A DNA stretch of 64,000 nucleotides from Verrucomicrobiota bacterium. Its GTDB lineage: Bacteria > Verrucomicrobiota > Verrucomicrobiia > Opitutales > Seribacteraceae. A program made the translations under genes and the position numbers. The notes beneath the pieces were generated by a model. It did not search any database and was not told the DNA's origin. It saw only the letters and a program-made list of their open reading frames with translations. This document shows positions 62,355 through 64,000 of this stretch, in pieces (the stretch's first letter is position 1; every line of letters begins with the position of its first letter). The stretch spans positions 2,670 to 66,669 of the forward strand of contig JAYZJX010000088.1 of assembly GCA_036164015.1 (NCBI GenBank), given 5' to 3'.

Positions 62355-63377
62355 TCAGAGAACAGCTTCTTTTTTTTCAGGTACTCCTTCTATGCAGCGA
62401 TCTATAATCGATTCAACTGTAATTCCTTCAGCTTCCGCATTAAAAGTAGGTACGATACGATGCCTAAGCACAGGATGGGCGATTGCCTTGACATCCTCCA
62501 CCTTTGCGGCAAAACGACCATTCAAAAGTGCACGCACTTTGGAGCCTAGAATCAATTGCTGACAAGCACGAGGACCAGGTCCCCAATCAATCAAATCTTT
62601 TACCCAGTTTTCGGCTCCTTCCTCTTTCGGGCGGGCCATTCGTACGAGATCAAGGACATAGTCGTAAACATGATCAGGTACGGGGACTTTTCGGACAGTC
62701 TCCTGGCATTTTTGCAAAGTTGGACCATCAATTACTGGTTCCAACTTCGATTCAAAAGTGGAAGTGGTTTGTTCAATAATTTTTCTTTCTTCCTCTCGGG
62801 ATGGATAATCCACGATGACCTGAAAGAGAAACCGATCCCGTTGAGCTTCTGGAAGAGGGTAGGTACCCTCCTGCTCTATGGGGTTTTGAGTTGCGAGTAC
62901 AAAGAAAGGTTCATCCAGTGTATAAGTGGATCCTCCAATTGTTACTGAGTGTTCCTGCATAGCTTCAAGCAGGGCTGCTTGTGTTTTGGGCGGAGTACGA
63001 TTGATCTCGTCCGCCAAGATAATTTGACTGAAAATTGGGCCTTTTTCAAAAACTAGTTCTCTGTGACCAGTTTTCTTATCCTCTTGTATGATATCGGTAC
63101 CAGTTATGTCTGCAGGCATAAGATCTGGTGTAAATTGAATCCTTCGAAAACTTAGGTCGATCGCCTGAGCCAAGGATCGAATCATTAAGGTTTTTGCGAG
63201 TCCCGGTACTCCTTCGAGAAGGCAGTGCCCACGGGCGAGCATCGCTATAAGTAATTGCTCCAATACTTTTTCTTGTCCCACAATGACTTGGTGAACTTGT
63301 TCCTTTATCTTTTGATAAGAGGCCACCAATTCTTCAGCTAAAGCTTGGTCATCGGGGCTAGTTTCTGAAGGGCTCAT
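62355..63377 (-). CDS. moxR: MoxR-family AAA+ ATPase
   Basis: [65 protein letters not shown]. Confidence 0.95.
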   Translation of the reverse strand: MSPSETSPDDQALAEELVASYQKIKEQVHQVIVGQEKVLEQLLIAMLARGHCLLEGVPGLAKTLMIRSLAQAIDLSFRRIQFTPDLMPADITGTDIIQEDKKTGHRELVFEKGPIFSQIILADEINRTPPKTQAALLEAMQEHSVTIGGSTYTLDEPFFVLATQNPIEQEGTYPLPEAQRDRFLFQVIVDYPSREEERKIIEQTTSTFESKLEPVIDGPTLQKCQETVRKVPVPDHVYDYVLDLVRMARPKEEGAENWVKDLIDWGPGPRACQQLILGSKVRALLNGRFAAKVEDVKAIAHPVLRHRIVPTFNAEAEGITVESIIDRCIEGVPEKKEAVL

Positions 63378-63500
63378 TTTTATTTTATGTTTTCGAGTTA
63401 AGATTAGAAATCCGACTGTGTTTTGGAGTGCTTATTGAGTAAGTAGGAAAATAATAAAGCAAGAAAAATTCCTACTATTTCCAAATTAATTTGAAGAACA

Positions 63501-64000
63501 TCAGGTGGCTAAGAACTGATTTAAAATGATGTTATATATTTCGGTCGGATCTAGTATTGCTGAACCTAAAGAATTTGGGTTAATGAGGATTGGCCAATCA
63601 GATTGATTGCTTGGTATTATTCCGTGACTACCCTTCACTAAATGTGAATCGAGAGGAATCAAATCCATGTGAATACGGAATCCCAATTTTTTGGCTAATA
63701 GTTTTCGGGCAGCCTTGAGGGTTGGAAATGAAATCTTAGGATCTGTAAATAATTCAGATGGATCGTAGCCATGTTTTCTATGAATATCGATACAGCGGGC
63801 AAATTCCGGAGCTTTTTCGTCGTCATCCCAAAAATAATAAGAAAACCAGGAATCTTCCTTGGCTAAGGCAATTAAATCTCCAGCTCTTGTATGCTGAAGG
63901 CCTATTTCTTCCTTATCTTCCTCATCCAGCACGGTCGCAATGCCATCAAGTGATTCAAGGCAGGTTTTTACTTTCGAGCGTAGCCCAGGATCTTTTGCTG
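63501..64000 (-). CDS. Alkaline-phosphatase-superfamily nucleotide pyrophosphatase/phosphodiesterase, EboF-like (3' part only)
   Basis: Frame open to the window edge; HTRAGDLIA...WFSYYFW...IDIHRKHGYDPSELF...LVKGSHG. Confidence 0.7.
   Translation of the reverse strand, partial: AKDPGLRSKVKTCLESLDGIATVLDEEDKEEIGLQHTRAGDLIALAKEDSWFSYYFWDDDEKAPEFARCIDIHRKHGYDPSELFTDPKISFPTLKAARKLLAKKLGFRIHMDLIPLDSHLVKGSHGIIPSNQSDWPILINPNSLGSAILDPTEIYNIILNQFLAT

Noticed and set aside
63404-63434. CIRCE-like element upstream of moxR (TTAGAAATC...GAGTGCTTA)
   Set aside because: Spacer is 13 nt rather than 9 and the left arm has multiple mismatches.

Overview
A gene-dense, AT-rich bacterial window of mostly housekeeping genes. 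Gene content and order suggest a marine PVC-superphylum organism, most likely Verrucomicrobiota/Opitutales; this is inference, not a database result. Core genes are proB (partial), frr, pyrH, hslR, tatC, ppdK, hflX, a single-chain gcvP, glmM, trpD, uppP, rpmF-plsX-fabH-(bamD-like)-(lptE-like)-rpe, a K+-dependent membrane pyrophosphatase, nth, clpB, pyrG, sdhCAB and argH, plus tRNA-Gln(TTG) and tRNA-Ser(CGA). The right end carries a ~15 kb operon (MoxR, DUF58, BatA/vWA, vWA-PA14, a giant coiled-coil protein, a prenyltransferase-repeat protein) and a partial EboF-like phosphodiesterase. I saw no CRISPR array, integrase, transposase or rRNA. The most unusual signal is a concentration of eukaryote-type interaction modules in envelope proteins: (i) a secreted SHD1-LIM-DA1-type zinc peptidase; (ii) MORN lipoproteins with proline-rich tails, one carrying NPFxxD/DPF motifs, the known ligand class of yeast SHD1; (iii) a SAM-like domain inserted in the periplasmic loop of TatC; (iv) a TIR-TM-WD40 receptor-like protein; (v) a GYF_2-TM-LRR protein and a GYF-like insert in an ABC permease. 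At the DNA level, many genes have a TTG-led -35 hexamer 34-37 nt upstream of the start codon, consistent with leaderless mRNAs. There is also a perfect palindromic operator over the XRE-hslR promoter and a sigma54-like promoter with an upstream palindrome before clpB. All domain calls come from motif recognition by eye.
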